From Candidatus Hydrogenedentota bacterium (GTDB lineage: Bacteria > Hydrogenedentota > Hydrogenedentia > Hydrogenedentales > SLHB01): 64,000 nucleotides of DNA. Shown here in pieces: positions 11,356 to 20,767 of the stretch. Both the position numbers and the translations under genes were made by a program. The stretch covers positions 1-64,000 of the forward strand of contig BTVY01000035.1 in NCBI GenBank assembly GCA_045863335.1, written 5' to 3'. The notes beneath the pieces are model-generated. The model was given only the letters and a program-made list of their open reading frames with translations. It ran no database searches and was not told where the DNA came from. How positions within the stretch are numbered: position 1 is the first letter of the stretch; each line of letters opens with the position of its first letter.

Positions 11356-11503
11356 CATGGGCGGCAAAATAATTCTTGACAACACGGCGCATACCAAACA
11401 AGGCCAAAATTTCGATTGCTCGTTTCCCGTTTGCGCAGTATAGTGGAGGAGCCTTCAGATCCATGGGGGAACTCGAAGGGGATCGAATGCGGGGAACAAC
11501 TGT

Positions 11504-13516
11504 ATGAAACGTGGAAGTCTCGTTTACTGTGCCGCTGCAGCAGTACTCCTGGGCGCAACGGGGGCGTGGGCGGGTCCGGCGGCCCCGGTAACCATCACCT
11601 TGACGCAAGACGATAGCACGACGTTCCAGGCGCGTCCGCAAGGCGACGAATTCCGGAATTGGCTCGAAACGATGGACGGCTACACCGTCGTGCAGGAAGG
11701 GGGCGCGTGGTTCTACGCGGAACAAGCGGCCGACGGCCAACTCACGGCATCTTCCATTAAGGTCACTGATGCGGCCAAGTCGTTGCCCGGCGTTCCAAAA
11801 CATTTGATGCCGCCTTCGGATAAATCCAGGATGCTGGTGCGCACGCCGCGCAGCCTGGCACCATCCGCCACGAAGGCACTGGTTCACACGCAAAACGTGG
11901 TGGTCATCCTCGTCGAATACAACGACATTTCGTTCAACTATACCGATGCGAGTTTCCAGAGCCTGATCTTCGGCGCGGCGAGCAGCGTGAAGGACTATTA
12001 TCTGGAATGCACGTATAACAACTTCACGATTACGCCTGCGGCGGAAACACAAGGCACATCAAACGACGGCATCGTCCATATTTCGCGCGGCGTCAATCAT
12101 CCGAACATTGGCAGCGGCGATTCGCGCACGGAGGCAGCCGCGATCATGACGGCGGCCAACGGCAGCATTGACTATTCTGCCTTTGACACGTCGGGTGACG
12201 GGACCGTGACGGCCGATGAATTGTCCATCGTCATGATCCTCGCCGGGTATGAACGGTCCTACGACACGTCAACGCCCAACGTGTGGGGGCACGCGTGGGA
12301 ACTATCCAGCGCGCTTACGCTTGACGGTGTTGCGCTCCAACCGTTCACCATGTTTGGCGAACGGCACGCCACGCATCAGGCGACGATCGGAATCATGTGC
12401 CATGAACTGGGGCACCTGATGCTCGGGCTTCCGGACCTGTACGATACCGACGGCACTTCGGAAGGCATCGGCAGATGGGGGCTGATGGGAAGCGGAAGCT
12501 GGAATTATACGGGAGCGAACCAAGGGGATAGTCCGGCCCATCTGTGCGCGTGGTCGAAGGCGATCCTCGATATTACAACCCCGACGGAGATTACATCCGC
12601 ATCGACCGGGTCAACCATCGCCAGTGCCGACGCCAACGCCGACATTAAGCGGTTCTGGATCGACAAGTACAAGGTCCGGGAATCCTTCCTCGTCGAAAAC
12701 CGGCAATTGTCGGGCTACGACGCGGGCCTGCCGGGCGCCGGCCTGATGATTTACCATATCGACGATTCGAAGACGACGAACGCGGACGAATCGCACAAAC
12801 TTTGCGATGTGGAAGCCGCCGATGGATTGACGCACCTTGACACGAAGGTGAACCGGGGCGATACGGGCGATCCGTTCCCCGGGTCTTCGAGCAACACGAC
12901 CTTCAACGATTCCAGCACGCCAAACTCGAAGGATTACTCCGGCGCCGCGACCAACGTGGCGGTGACGAACATCTCCGCATCGATGGCGACGATGACTGCG
13001 GACTTTACCCCCGCCACCGGGGGGACCGGCGATCACGTGCGGTATGATGAACTTGGATACTCGGGGTATTACTACTACTTTGGGGGCAGTACAACGCTCT
13101 GGACGGCCTTGCGCGTCACCAACGGCACCTCCATGGTCACATTGGACGGCGTGGAGCTCTACACAGACGGAGCGGCAACGGTAAACATTTACATTTACGC
13201 GAGCATGGTGGCCAACACGCCGACCACGCTGCTGTATTCGGAAACCGGACATTCGGTTAGCGGAGGATGGGACAGGGTCCTCCTTGCCGCCCCGTTAACG
13301 TTCCCGGCAGCGTCGGAACGTACCATTGTACTGAGGATAAACCAGGCATCAGAAGCGCACGGCTACATCGACCCAGATGGCCCCAACAGTGGCCGCTCGT
13401 GGATGGACTACGACGGCGCGGGGGCGTTCAGTCCGCTACCCGGAGATCTGAACCAAATCGCGCTCCTGAGCAGCACACCGGTGCCGGTGGAGGTCAGCGG
13501 GTTCAAAACCGATTAG
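11504..13516 (+). CDS. M6 family (immune inhibitor A-like) secreted metalloprotease with C-terminal PVPVEVSGFKTD tag
   Basis: Signal peptide, GDEF..W.ET.DGY prodomain, CHELGHLMLGLPDLYD, WGLMGSGSW, FLVENRQ..GYD..LPG.GL.IYHID. Confidence 0.93.
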   Translation: MKRGSLVYCAAAAVLLGATGAWAGPAAPVTITLTQDDSTTFQARPQGDEFRNWLETMDGYTVVQEGGAWFYAEQAADGQLTASSIKVTDAAKSLPGVPKHLMPPSDKSRMLVRTPRSLAPSATKALVHTQNVVVILVEYNDISFNYTDASFQSLIFGAASSVKDYYLECTYNNFTITPAAETQGTSNDGIVHISRGVNHPNIGSGDSRTEAAAIMTAANGSIDYSAFDTSGDGTVTADELSIVMILAGYERSYDTSTPNVWGHAWELSSALTLDGVALQPFTMFGERHATHQATIGIMCHELGHLMLGLPDLYDTDGTSEGIGRWGLMGSGSWNYTGANQGDSPAHLCAWSKAILDITTPTEITSASTGSTIASADANADIKRFWIDKYKVRESFLVENRQLSGYDAGLPGAGLMIYHIDDSKTTNADESHKLCDVEAADGLTHLDTKVNRGDTGDPFPGSSSNTTFNDSSTPNSKDYSGAATNVAVTNISASMATMTADFTPATGGTGDHVRYDELGYSGYYYYFGGSTTLWTALRVTNGTSMVTLDGVELYTDGAATVNIYIYASMVANTPTTLLYSETGHSVSGGWDRVLLAAPLTFPAASERTIVLRINQASEAHGYIDPDGPNSGRSWMDYDGAGAFSPLPGDLNQIALLSSTPVPVEVSGFKTD

Positions 13517-13539
13517 GCTGCATCCCTTCCGTAGCTTCC

Positions 13540-13573
13540 AGCCGGCCCGTCTCTGACGGGCCGGTTTCATTCT
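13540..13573 (+). terminator. intrinsic terminator
   Basis: CCGGCCCGTC-TCT-GACGGGCCGG followed by TTTCATTCTT. Confidence 0.65.
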
Positions 13574-13722
13574 TCCCGCTCGCGTTTGCGTGTTATGCGG
13601 GGCTTTCGATAGGCTGTTCAGAACGCAGAAGTGGGGGTACCAGGCGTGAGCGTTCACAAGACGAACCCGGTATGCATTGCAGCTTCCGTTGACGAGACGC
13701 GATGGTCCCGAAAGTTCCGCCG

Positions 13723-15741
13723 ATGATGAAGACGCGTCTCGCAATACCGATCGTGACGTCGCTGCTCCTGAGCGGGGCGTTATCCGCTATGGCCCAAGTT
13801 AGCCTTGATTCACTCCTGAATGAGATGACGAGTCTCGACGTGCTAACCCGCATGCCGGACCCGGCATACACGGTGAAGCAATACTCCAGTTACGACCGGC
13901 TCTCGCAGGGCGCGCCGCAAGGCAGCGAGGACTGGTTTGCTAACGAGGATCGCGGGAACTTCCTGCGCAGTGAGGAACGCGAGGGCGCGACCGAATGGGT
14001 CATGATGGACGCCGCGGGTCCGGGCGCTATCGTCCGCATCTGGTCGGCGAATCCGGTGGACGCGGGGATCGTGCGGGTCTATCTCGACCACGAGACGACG
14101 CCCACCATCGAAATGCCCTTTGCCGAGCTGCTCAGCGGACAAGCGGCTCCGTTTATCGAGCCGATTGCGGGGGTCCGGTCCGCAGGATGGAACAGCTATT
14201 TTCCGATCCCGTACGCCGAACACTGCAAGGTAACGGCAAGCAAGCCGGAGTTCTTCTATCACATCAACTACCGTACCTATGACGGGGCGGTTGAAGTCGC
14301 GAGTTTCCCGCGAGAGATTCCCGCTGAGGCTCTGAATCGTATTCGCGCCGTCGCGGAACGGCTCTCGAGCCCAATGGGGGCTCCGGCATCGCCAGCGCGG
14401 AGCGAAACGCGTTCCCTCACGTACCGGGTGGAACCGGGCGCGGAGCGCGCTGAGATTCTCTCGCACGACGGTTCCGCAATTTGCGCTATGGAAGTCCGCG
14501 TCACTGCCGACGACGTCGCGACGGCGTTGCGAAAATGCGTCCTGACGATTTCGTTCGACGATGCGGCGCACCCGCAGGTATGCGCGCCACTCGGCGATTT
14601 CTTCGGCACGGCGCCCGGAGCCAACGCGTATGCTTCCCTGCCACTGGCCGTGCGCGACGACGGCACCTTGACGAGCGCGTGGATCATGCCGTTCCAGCGG
14701 TCCGCGCGGATTGCAATACGAAACACCAGCGATGCGCCGGTTCAAATCGATTTGGAGATGGGGATCGACGAGTACGAGTGGACCGACCGGTCCATGTACT
14801 TTCACGCGAACTGGCGCGGCGAGCATCCGGTGCCCACGCGGCCGCGCCGCGACTGGACGCTAATCGACATCGAGGGCGCGGGCCGGTTCGTGGGAACCAT
14901 GATGCACGTGGTGAACCCGGTGCTGTTGTGGTGGGGCGAAGGCGACGAGAAGATCTACGTCGACCACGAAGCCTTCCCCAGCCACTTCGGGACCGGAACG
15001 GAAGACTATTTTGGCTACGCGTGGTGCAGTCCCGTGCCGTTCACGCACGCCTACCACAATCAACCCCGCTGCGATGGCCCGCAAAACTACGGGCACACCT
15101 GCGTGAGCCGGTTCCATATACTGGACAACATCCCTTTTACTGAGGCGTTCCGCTTCGACATGGAGATCTGGCACGCGTGGACCTGCGATATCGCGCTCGC
15201 CGCGACCACCTACTGGTACGCGCTGCCGGGTGCAACGTCGAAGCCCGAGGGAATCGACGACGCGGAACTCGTAATCGTGACCCCTCCCCCGCCGCCGTCG
15301 CCGCGATCCGTCGAAGGCGCTTTGGAAGCCGAGTCCCTGGAGATATTGGAGCAGAGCGGTGGAAAGCTCGTCGTCGAGGACAACGAGAAATACCATTGGA
15401 GCGCCGGCAAGCAAGTGCGATGGTCGGGCGGCGCGCCTGGCGATTCAGTGACGTTCGGCTTTCCAGTGGAAAAGGGCGGCCAATACGAAGTACGCGCGGC
15501 ATTCACGAAAACAAAACGTTGCGGAATCGTGCAGCTTCATATCAACGGGGAGCCCGCGGACGGCGAACTCGACCTGTACGACCCCACCATTGAACCCAGC
15601 GGCGAGATTTCGTTGGGAGTCTACGAATTGACGGAAGGTCAGAACATCTTGACCGCGCGGATCATCGGCAAGAACCCGCGAGCGGTCGGCGACACCTACG
15701 CCTTTGGATTGGATTACCTGATGCTGCAACCAGCGCCCTGA
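13723..15741 (+). CDS. DUF2961/GH172 family glycoside hydrolase, paralog 1
   Basis: SSYDR, GPGAIVRIWSAN, PLGDFFG, WWGEGDEKIYVD, GTGTEDYFGYAW; signal peptide; C-terminal CBM-like beta domain. Confidence 0.88.
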   Translation: MMKTRLAIPIVTSLLLSGALSAMAQVSLDSLLNEMTSLDVLTRMPDPAYTVKQYSSYDRLSQGAPQGSEDWFANEDRGNFLRSEEREGATEWVMMDAAGPGAIVRIWSANPVDAGIVRVYLDHETTPTIEMPFAELLSGQAAPFIEPIAGVRSAGWNSYFPIPYAEHCKVTASKPEFFYHINYRTYDGAVEVASFPREIPAEALNRIRAVAERLSSPMGAPASPARSETRSLTYRVEPGAERAEILSHDGSAICAMEVRVTADDVATALRKCVLTISFDDAAHPQVCAPLGDFFGTAPGANAYASLPLAVRDDGTLTSAWIMPFQRSARIAIRNTSDAPVQIDLEMGIDEYEWTDRSMYFHANWRGEHPVPTRPRRDWTLIDIEGAGRFVGTMMHVVNPVLLWWGEGDEKIYVDHEAFPSHFGTGTEDYFGYAWCSPVPFTHAYHNQPRCDGPQNYGHTCVSRFHILDNIPFTEAFRFDMEIWHAWTCDIALAATTYWYALPGATSKPEGIDDAELVIVTPPPPPSPRSVEGALEAESLEILEQSGGKLVVEDNEKYHWSAGKQVRWSGGAPGDSVTFGFPVEKGGQYEVRAAFTKTKRCGIVQLHINGEPADGELDLYDPTIEPSGEISLGVYELTEGQNILTARIIGKNPRAVGDTYAFGLDYLMLQPAP

Positions 15742-15789
15742 TTGGACCATGCACGGTGAGGACCGCGGGCGGACGAAGGAGTTGTTACG

Positions 15790-17802
15790 ATGCGTTATGC
15801 CGGTCGTGTTTTGATGTTCGCGTTGGGGGCGGCGGTCGCCATTGGCGCGCAGGGGCAAGTGACGATGGAATCGCTTCTCGGCGAGATGACTGATCTGACG
15901 GCTCTGACGCGGTTCCCGGATCCGGCGTATACCGTGAAGCAGTTCTCGAGCTACGACCGGAGATCCTTGGATCCCGCCGTGTTGACGGACGAGAACTGGT
16001 TTGCCAACGGCGACCGGGGTCAGCACCTGCGCCAGGAAGAGCGCGACGGCGCGACCGAGTGGGTGCTGATGGATGCGGACGGCCCGGGAGCAATCGTGCG
16101 GTTCTGGTCGGCGAATCCTGCCGACGCCGGGATCGTGCGAATCTACGTGGACGGCAACGCCGAACCCGCCATTGAAATGCCCCTCACAGATATGCTCGGC
16201 GGGACGGCCGCTCCCTTCGTGAAACCGATCGCTGGCGAACGGTCGCAGGGGTGGAACAGCTACTTGCCGATTCCCTATGCACAACACTGCAAAGTCACAA
16301 CGAGCCAACCCGACTTCTACTACCAGATCAACTACCGGACGTATGCGGACGGCACGCGTGTGCGGAGCTATTCGGAACGGGAGTCGGAACGGGCGGCTGC
16401 TTTGGTTGAATCGGCTGCGGCAAAGCTTGCTTCACCGGCGGACCTCAACCTGCCGGATTTGCCGAAGCAAGTGGCCAAGCGCTTTGAACATGCGCTCGAG
16501 CCCGGCGCGTCCGGCACGGAGCCGGTGCAAGCGCCCGGCGCCTTGTACGCCCTCGACCTGCGGGTCGAGGCGGACGATCTCGAAGCGGCGCTTCGCGGAT
16601 GCCTGTTTGAGATCTCCTTCGATGGCCTACCCGATGCTTCGGTGGTTTGTCCCCTGGGCGATTTCTTTGGCACCGCGCCGGGGCCGAATCCTTACGCCTC
16701 GTTGCCACTAGGCGTGAACGAGGACGGCACGCTTTATTGCCGGTGGGTGATGCCTTTCCAGCGCGGCGCGGAACTCCGCTTCACCAACACCACCCATGCG
16801 CCCCTGTCGATCTCCGGGACCTACGTGCTGGGCTCCTACGAGTGGACGGACGCGTCCATGTATTTCCATGCGACCTGGCGAAGCGAGTACCCGGTGGCGA
16901 CGCAGCCCCGGCAGGACTGGACGTATGTGGATATCGACGGGCAAGGCCGCTTTGTGGGCGACATGCTTCACATCACGAATCCGGTGAAGGCCTGGTGGGG
17001 CGAAGGCGACGAGAAGATTTACGTGGACAATGAGGATTTCCCCAGCCACTTCGGGACGGGCACGGAGGACTACTACGGGTACGCGTGGTGCAGCAACATT
17101 CCGTTCACGCACGCGTACCACAATCAACCGCGCTGCGATGGCCCCGCCAACCATGGGCAAACCTGCGTGAGCCGCTTTCACATTATCGACAATATTCCGT
17201 TCACGAAGGCGTTCAAATTCGACATGGAGGTATGGCACTGGGAGGAATGCGAGATCGCCATGGCCGCCACGTCGTATTGGTACGCGATGCCGGGCGCGAC
17301 CCACTCCGGTCCGCCGATCGACACCGCGGCCTTGAAGATCGTCACGCCACCGCCAGCGCCCGCACCCAAGGTCGTCGAAGGCGCGTTAGAGGGCGAGAGC
17401 CTGAAAGTAGTCGAGCACACGGGAGGAAATGCGGTCGTTCAGTCCAGCGACGCTTGGGAATGGAGCCGCGAACAACAATTGTGGTGGCGCGACGGCAAAC
17501 CCGGCGACCGTCTAACCGTGGAATTCCCTGTGGAGAAGGCAGGGCGCTACGACGTGCGCGCCGTCTTCACGAAAGCCGTCGACTACGGCATCATGCGCCT
17601 GCTCATCAATGGCGAAGAAGTGAACCCGGCACGGGACTTCTACAACAACGGCGTCATCGCCACGCCGGAAGAATCATTCGGCACGTTTGAACTGAAGGCC
17701 GGCGCAAACACATTCACCGCGGAAATCGTCGGCGCTAACGCCGAGGCGATCCCTGGGCACATGTTTGGGCTGGACTACCTGCTCTTGGTACCCGCGGAAT
17801 AG
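15790..17802 (+). CDS. DUF2961/GH172 family glycoside hydrolase, paralog 2
   Basis: Same motifs, collinear with paralog 1; AAGGAG RBS. Confidence 0.88.
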   Translation: MRYAGRVLMFALGAAVAIGAQGQVTMESLLGEMTDLTALTRFPDPAYTVKQFSSYDRRSLDPAVLTDENWFANGDRGQHLRQEERDGATEWVLMDADGPGAIVRFWSANPADAGIVRIYVDGNAEPAIEMPLTDMLGGTAAPFVKPIAGERSQGWNSYLPIPYAQHCKVTTSQPDFYYQINYRTYADGTRVRSYSERESERAAALVESAAAKLASPADLNLPDLPKQVAKRFEHALEPGASGTEPVQAPGALYALDLRVEADDLEAALRGCLFEISFDGLPDASVVCPLGDFFGTAPGPNPYASLPLGVNEDGTLYCRWVMPFQRGAELRFTNTTHAPLSISGTYVLGSYEWTDASMYFHATWRSEYPVATQPRQDWTYVDIDGQGRFVGDMLHITNPVKAWWGEGDEKIYVDNEDFPSHFGTGTEDYYGYAWCSNIPFTHAYHNQPRCDGPANHGQTCVSRFHIIDNIPFTKAFKFDMEVWHWEECEIAMAATSYWYAMPGATHSGPPIDTAALKIVTPPPAPAPKVVEGALEGESLKVVEHTGGNAVVQSSDAWEWSREQQLWWRDGKPGDRLTVEFPVEKAGRYDVRAVFTKAVDYGIMRLLINGEEVNPARDFYNNGVIATPEESFGTFELKAGANTFTAEIVGANAEAIPGHMFGLDYLLLVPAE

Positions 17803-17808
17803 TAGAGG

Positions 17809-18022
17809 AAATTCGAAATCCAAATCTCGAAATCCGAAACAAATTCGAATGACCAAAACTCGAAACGAGATTACGCAGTAAACGGAGTGATATTCGACGA
17901 CCGATTCCTCACGGAATCGGAGTACATGTCTTTATTGGCACATAGACCCCGAACCGCATGCCAACATTTTGAGTTTCGGATTTGGGATTTGTTTCGGATT
18001 TCGAGATTCGAATTTCGGATTT
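17809..18022. repeat. about 56-bp imperfect inverted repeat built from AAAT(C/T)CG heptamers, flanking about 100 bp
   Basis: Left arm 17809-17865 and right arm 17967-18022 are reverse complements sharing AATCTCGAAATCCGAAACAAAT. Confidence 0.8.
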
Positions 18023-18026
18023 GATC

Positions 18027-18527
18027 CTACGGCATTGGCGGCATGCCGAAGGCGGACCACTCCTCTTTCGCGGGACCGTACACACCGTTCGGTTGGAGTC
18101 CGGCCTGGCGCATGAGCACGGTCATCTGACCGCGATGGTGCGCGTGATGCAGTTCCAGGCAGAGAAGGGTGACCCCGCGGGTCCATTGTTCCCCGTACAT
18201 GTCGTCCTCTTGGAGGAGCGTCTCGTCGGTCCAGTTCGCACGCAATTGCCCGACAAGACTGTCCGAGGCCGTGATAAACGCCGACACAATCTCCGACGCG
18301 GATGCCGGAACCGGCGCATCCTCGGCCGGGGCGTCGACTGTAAGACCCGTGCGGGCCGGCATTTCGCCCAGAGTTTGCACGAGGTGCCAGGCGATGAACC
18401 CGAGTGAGCGCCCGTCGGCGGTGACGGACTGGGAGAGCGAAGCGTCAGTTAACCGCTCGAAGAGTTTGACGGTCGATTCGTGCTCGTGCTTCCAGCTCGC
18501 ATAAAAGTCTTCCAGTTTTCGGAACAT
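18027..18527 (-). CDS. DinB family protein
   Basis: RSLGFIAWHL, HHAHHRGQMTVLMRQAGL...YGP. Confidence 0.9.
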   Translation of the reverse strand: MFRKLEDFYASWKHEHESTVKLFERLTDASLSQSVTADGRSLGFIAWHLVQTLGEMPARTGLTVDAPAEDAPVPASASEIVSAFITASDSLVGQLRANWTDETLLQEDDMYGEQWTRGVTLLCLELHHAHHRGQMTVLMRQAGLQPNGVYGPAKEEWSAFGMPPMP

Positions 18528-18558
18528 TCTCGATCTCCCTTGGTCAATGGGCCTACGC

Positions 18559-18999
18559 TCAGCCTTCGACGACTTTCCGGCAGACTTCGTTCAGGAGTTT
18601 TCCGTCGGCTTGCTCGCCGAGTTCCTTCTTCATAGCCCCGGTCAGTTTGCCCGCATGGTTCATTTCGGGATGCTCGGCAAGATACGCGCGCACGCGCGCC
18701 TCGATTTGATCGGCGGTCAACTGGGTTGGCAGGAACTCCGTGATCACGGCAATCTCCGCCTCCGTCGCCTCCGCCTCGTTCTGTTTGCCCAATTCGCGGA
18801 AAATCTCAAGCGATTGCTGCCGCTTCTTGACCTCCCCACGGACCGCCGCGAGGGCGGATTCCTCGGTGAGCCCGGAGGAGGACTCCTTTTCCTTTAACAG
18901 CAAAGCTGCCTTGACCATACGCAGGCACTCGAGCCGTACGTGGTCCCGGTTTTTCATGGCGAACTTGATTTCTTCCTGGACCCGTTCCTTGATACCCAT
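18559..18999 (-). CDS. GatB/YqeY domain protein
   Basis: AMK..D..RL..LRMVKAA, EVKKRQQS, EIAVITEFLPTQL, ADGK. Confidence 0.9.
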   Translation of the reverse strand: MGIKERVQEEIKFAMKNRDHVRLECLRMVKAALLLKEKESSSGLTEESALAAVRGEVKKRQQSLEIFRELGKQNEAEATEAEIAVITEFLPTQLTADQIEARVRAYLAEHPEMNHAGKLTGAMKKELGEQADGKLLNEVCRKVVEG

Positions 19000-19218
19000 T
19001 TCGTGCTCCTTTCGTGGAGCACTAATCTATGCGTAGGGCCAGGACAAAAGCAATAGCGGCGTCCGTGGACAGACGATCAAGTTATTCCACGCGAGAAGCA
19101 GAATTTGTCACAAGAGAGCAAATCGAGGCCAAAGGACGGCCTCGCGTAGGACGCCCCCCTTGGAGGGGGTTACTGTAAGTATCTCATTAGTGGAGCGTTA
19201 CGATAAATTACCGAACGT

Positions 19219-19234
19219 TGGCGCGAAATTTGCA
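19219..19234 (+). promoter_or_regulatory. sigma54 promoter
   Basis: TGGCGCGAAATTTGCA (GG-N10-GC), about 75 bp upstream of ATG 19310. Confidence 0.7.
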
Positions 19235-19309
19235 CTTTGCGGCTTATCCGGGCTAACGCCCCGGTGGATTCATTGGGTTCATTCTGATTGGGACTGAAGG
19301 AAGTTCTAG

Positions 19310-19564
19310 ATGTTCTACGGGGGAATATATGGTGAAGAGCGCGAGGACGCGTTTTTCGTGCTTCAGGAATTGAGCACGGTGCTCAAGTACCTGGCGAGCG
19401 AGATCGACTCCGCCCTTGAGCACAACGGCGAAGTCGACACGGACCGACTTGCCCGGATCGCCCAAGCGTTGAACGCCAGCCATCATACCCTGCTGACCCT
19501 TTCGAACGCGAAGGACGGCGGACGAATCGCCGTGGGTAAGGTCTTCGATCAAATGCTGGACTGA
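19310..19564 (+). CDS. hypothetical helical protein (84 aa)
   Basis: ATG with GAAGGAAG RBS, downstream of a sigma54 promoter; amphipathic helices. Confidence 0.6.
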   Translation: MFYGGIYGEEREDAFFVLQELSTVLKYLASEIDSALEHNGEVDTDRLARIAQALNASHHTLLTLSNAKDGGRIAVGKVFDQMLD

Positions 19565-19790
19565 CCCGGTGTCCACCCGGCTCCACCTGGTATAGCCAAT
19601 CCCTTGAATGACTTGGCACTGGCCCGATGCTTTCCCTGCGCCCTTCTGACGCCATCCAATTCGTGGGCTTACGTCCAAATCACCCGAATTGCACCCGATC
19701 CGCGAAGGAGTATTTCCGCCTCTTGCACCTACCTTGGGCTGAGAAGCCGATGGGAGCGATCCGCTCCGAACACCAAGGAGGATTTAAGCG

Positions 19791-20222
19791 ATGCGGGATA
19801 ACACACGCGCCGGCCGCAATGCCGTCTACATGGGACCAGAGGCGCTGCACCTGTTCGACTACGAGCAGGGCGCCTGGTATGAGACGCCGGAAGAAGTCCA
19901 GGCCGGGCTCGAATGGGGTAGGCGCAAGGCGCTGTTGCTGGCCTGGGTGCGGCGCAGAATGAAGAAACGCCTGACGCCCCGGGAACGGCGCTGCACGGAA
20001 CTCTACTTTTTCGAGGGGCACACCTACCGGGAAATCGGACGGCTCACGGGAACCAATGCCAGCTCGGCTTACCGGGCCGTCCTGCGGTCGTTGCGCAAAC
20101 TGAAAGCGGACGCCGAGAACGAAGGAGATTCCTTGTCGTCCCTGTACTGGGATAGACCGCCTAAGGCGACAAATCCTGAGGAAGTGGACTCAGCGCCCGG
20201 GCAAACCGGACCAGCGTCGTGA
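19791..20222 (+). CDS. sigma70 region-4-like HTH protein
   Basis: LTPRERRCTELYFFEGHTYREIGRLTG...RSLRKLK; AAGGAGG RBS; no region 2 visible. Confidence 0.75.
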   Translation: MRDNTRAGRNAVYMGPEALHLFDYEQGAWYETPEEVQAGLEWGRRKALLLAWVRRRMKKRLTPRERRCTELYFFEGHTYREIGRLTGTNASSAYRAVLRSLRKLKADAENEGDSLSSLYWDRPPKATNPEEVDSAPGQTGPAS

Positions 20223-20706
20223 CGACCTCTTCCAGGCGTTCCCGGGTTCGGGCGTCAACGATTTGCTCGCCCATGACGTCGTCCTCGTTGGCATAGACGA
20301 AGCGCGGCACGACGACGCTGCGAAAATCGAGCATCATGCTGCTGGCAAGCCCCATGATGGACATAAAACTGGTCTGGCCGCCGGCGGCGCAGAGGAAAGC
20401 GACGACTTTCTCTTTCCATGCGTCGCCGGTGAGTTCGATCAGATTCTTGGCGGCGGAATTGACGTCAAAATTATAGACGGGCACCGCAATGATGGCCCCT
20501 TCGCATTCCGCGACGCGCCGTTTCAAGTCGATTACATCCGGGTGCTGGTAGCTGGACCGGCCATCGCAAAAAGGGAGCGCCAAGGTCTGCAGATCGATAA
20601 ACTCGGCATCGACACCGAGGGACTCAAGACGGTTCAGGGCGCCATGAGCCAGGACACGGCTCCGGCTTCCCGGATTCAAACTACAACTAAATACCAGAAA
20701 TGCCAT
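20161..20706 (-). CDS. NAD(P)H-dependent FMN reductase
   Basis: SCSLNPGSRS, PVYNFDVNSAAKNLIE, FLCAAGG flavodoxin-like fold. Confidence 0.88.
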   Translation of the reverse strand: MAFLVFSCSLNPGSRSRVLAHGALNRLESLGVDAEFIDLQTLALPFCDGRSSYQHPDVIDLKRRVAECEGAIIAVPVYNFDVNSAAKNLIELTGDAWKEKVVAFLCAAGGQTSFMSIMGLASSMMLDFRSVVVPRFVYANEDDVMGEQIVDARTRERLEEVVTTLVRFARALSPLPQDLSP

Positions 20707-20767
20707 GATTTACGATCACTCCAACGATACCCCGTTTGGGAACGATTGGGCAGGGCGAAATGTTCCC

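Noticed and set aside
17809-18022. Possible CRISPR array
   Set aside because: Degenerate 7-mers in inverted arms, with no constant repeat-spacer period and no cas genes
19105-19178. c-di-GMP-I riboswitch-like pair of hairpins (GCAAA...GGACGC...GGGGTTAC)
   Set aside because: Lacks the GNRA-capped P2 and the GACGCAAA junction, and lies upstream of the sigma54 promoter; an Rfam search would settle it
19613-19632. TTGGCAC...TGC as a sigma54 promoter (also TTGGCAAAATATGC at 64-77)
   Set aside because: GG-GC spacing is 12 and 8 nt respectively, not the required 10
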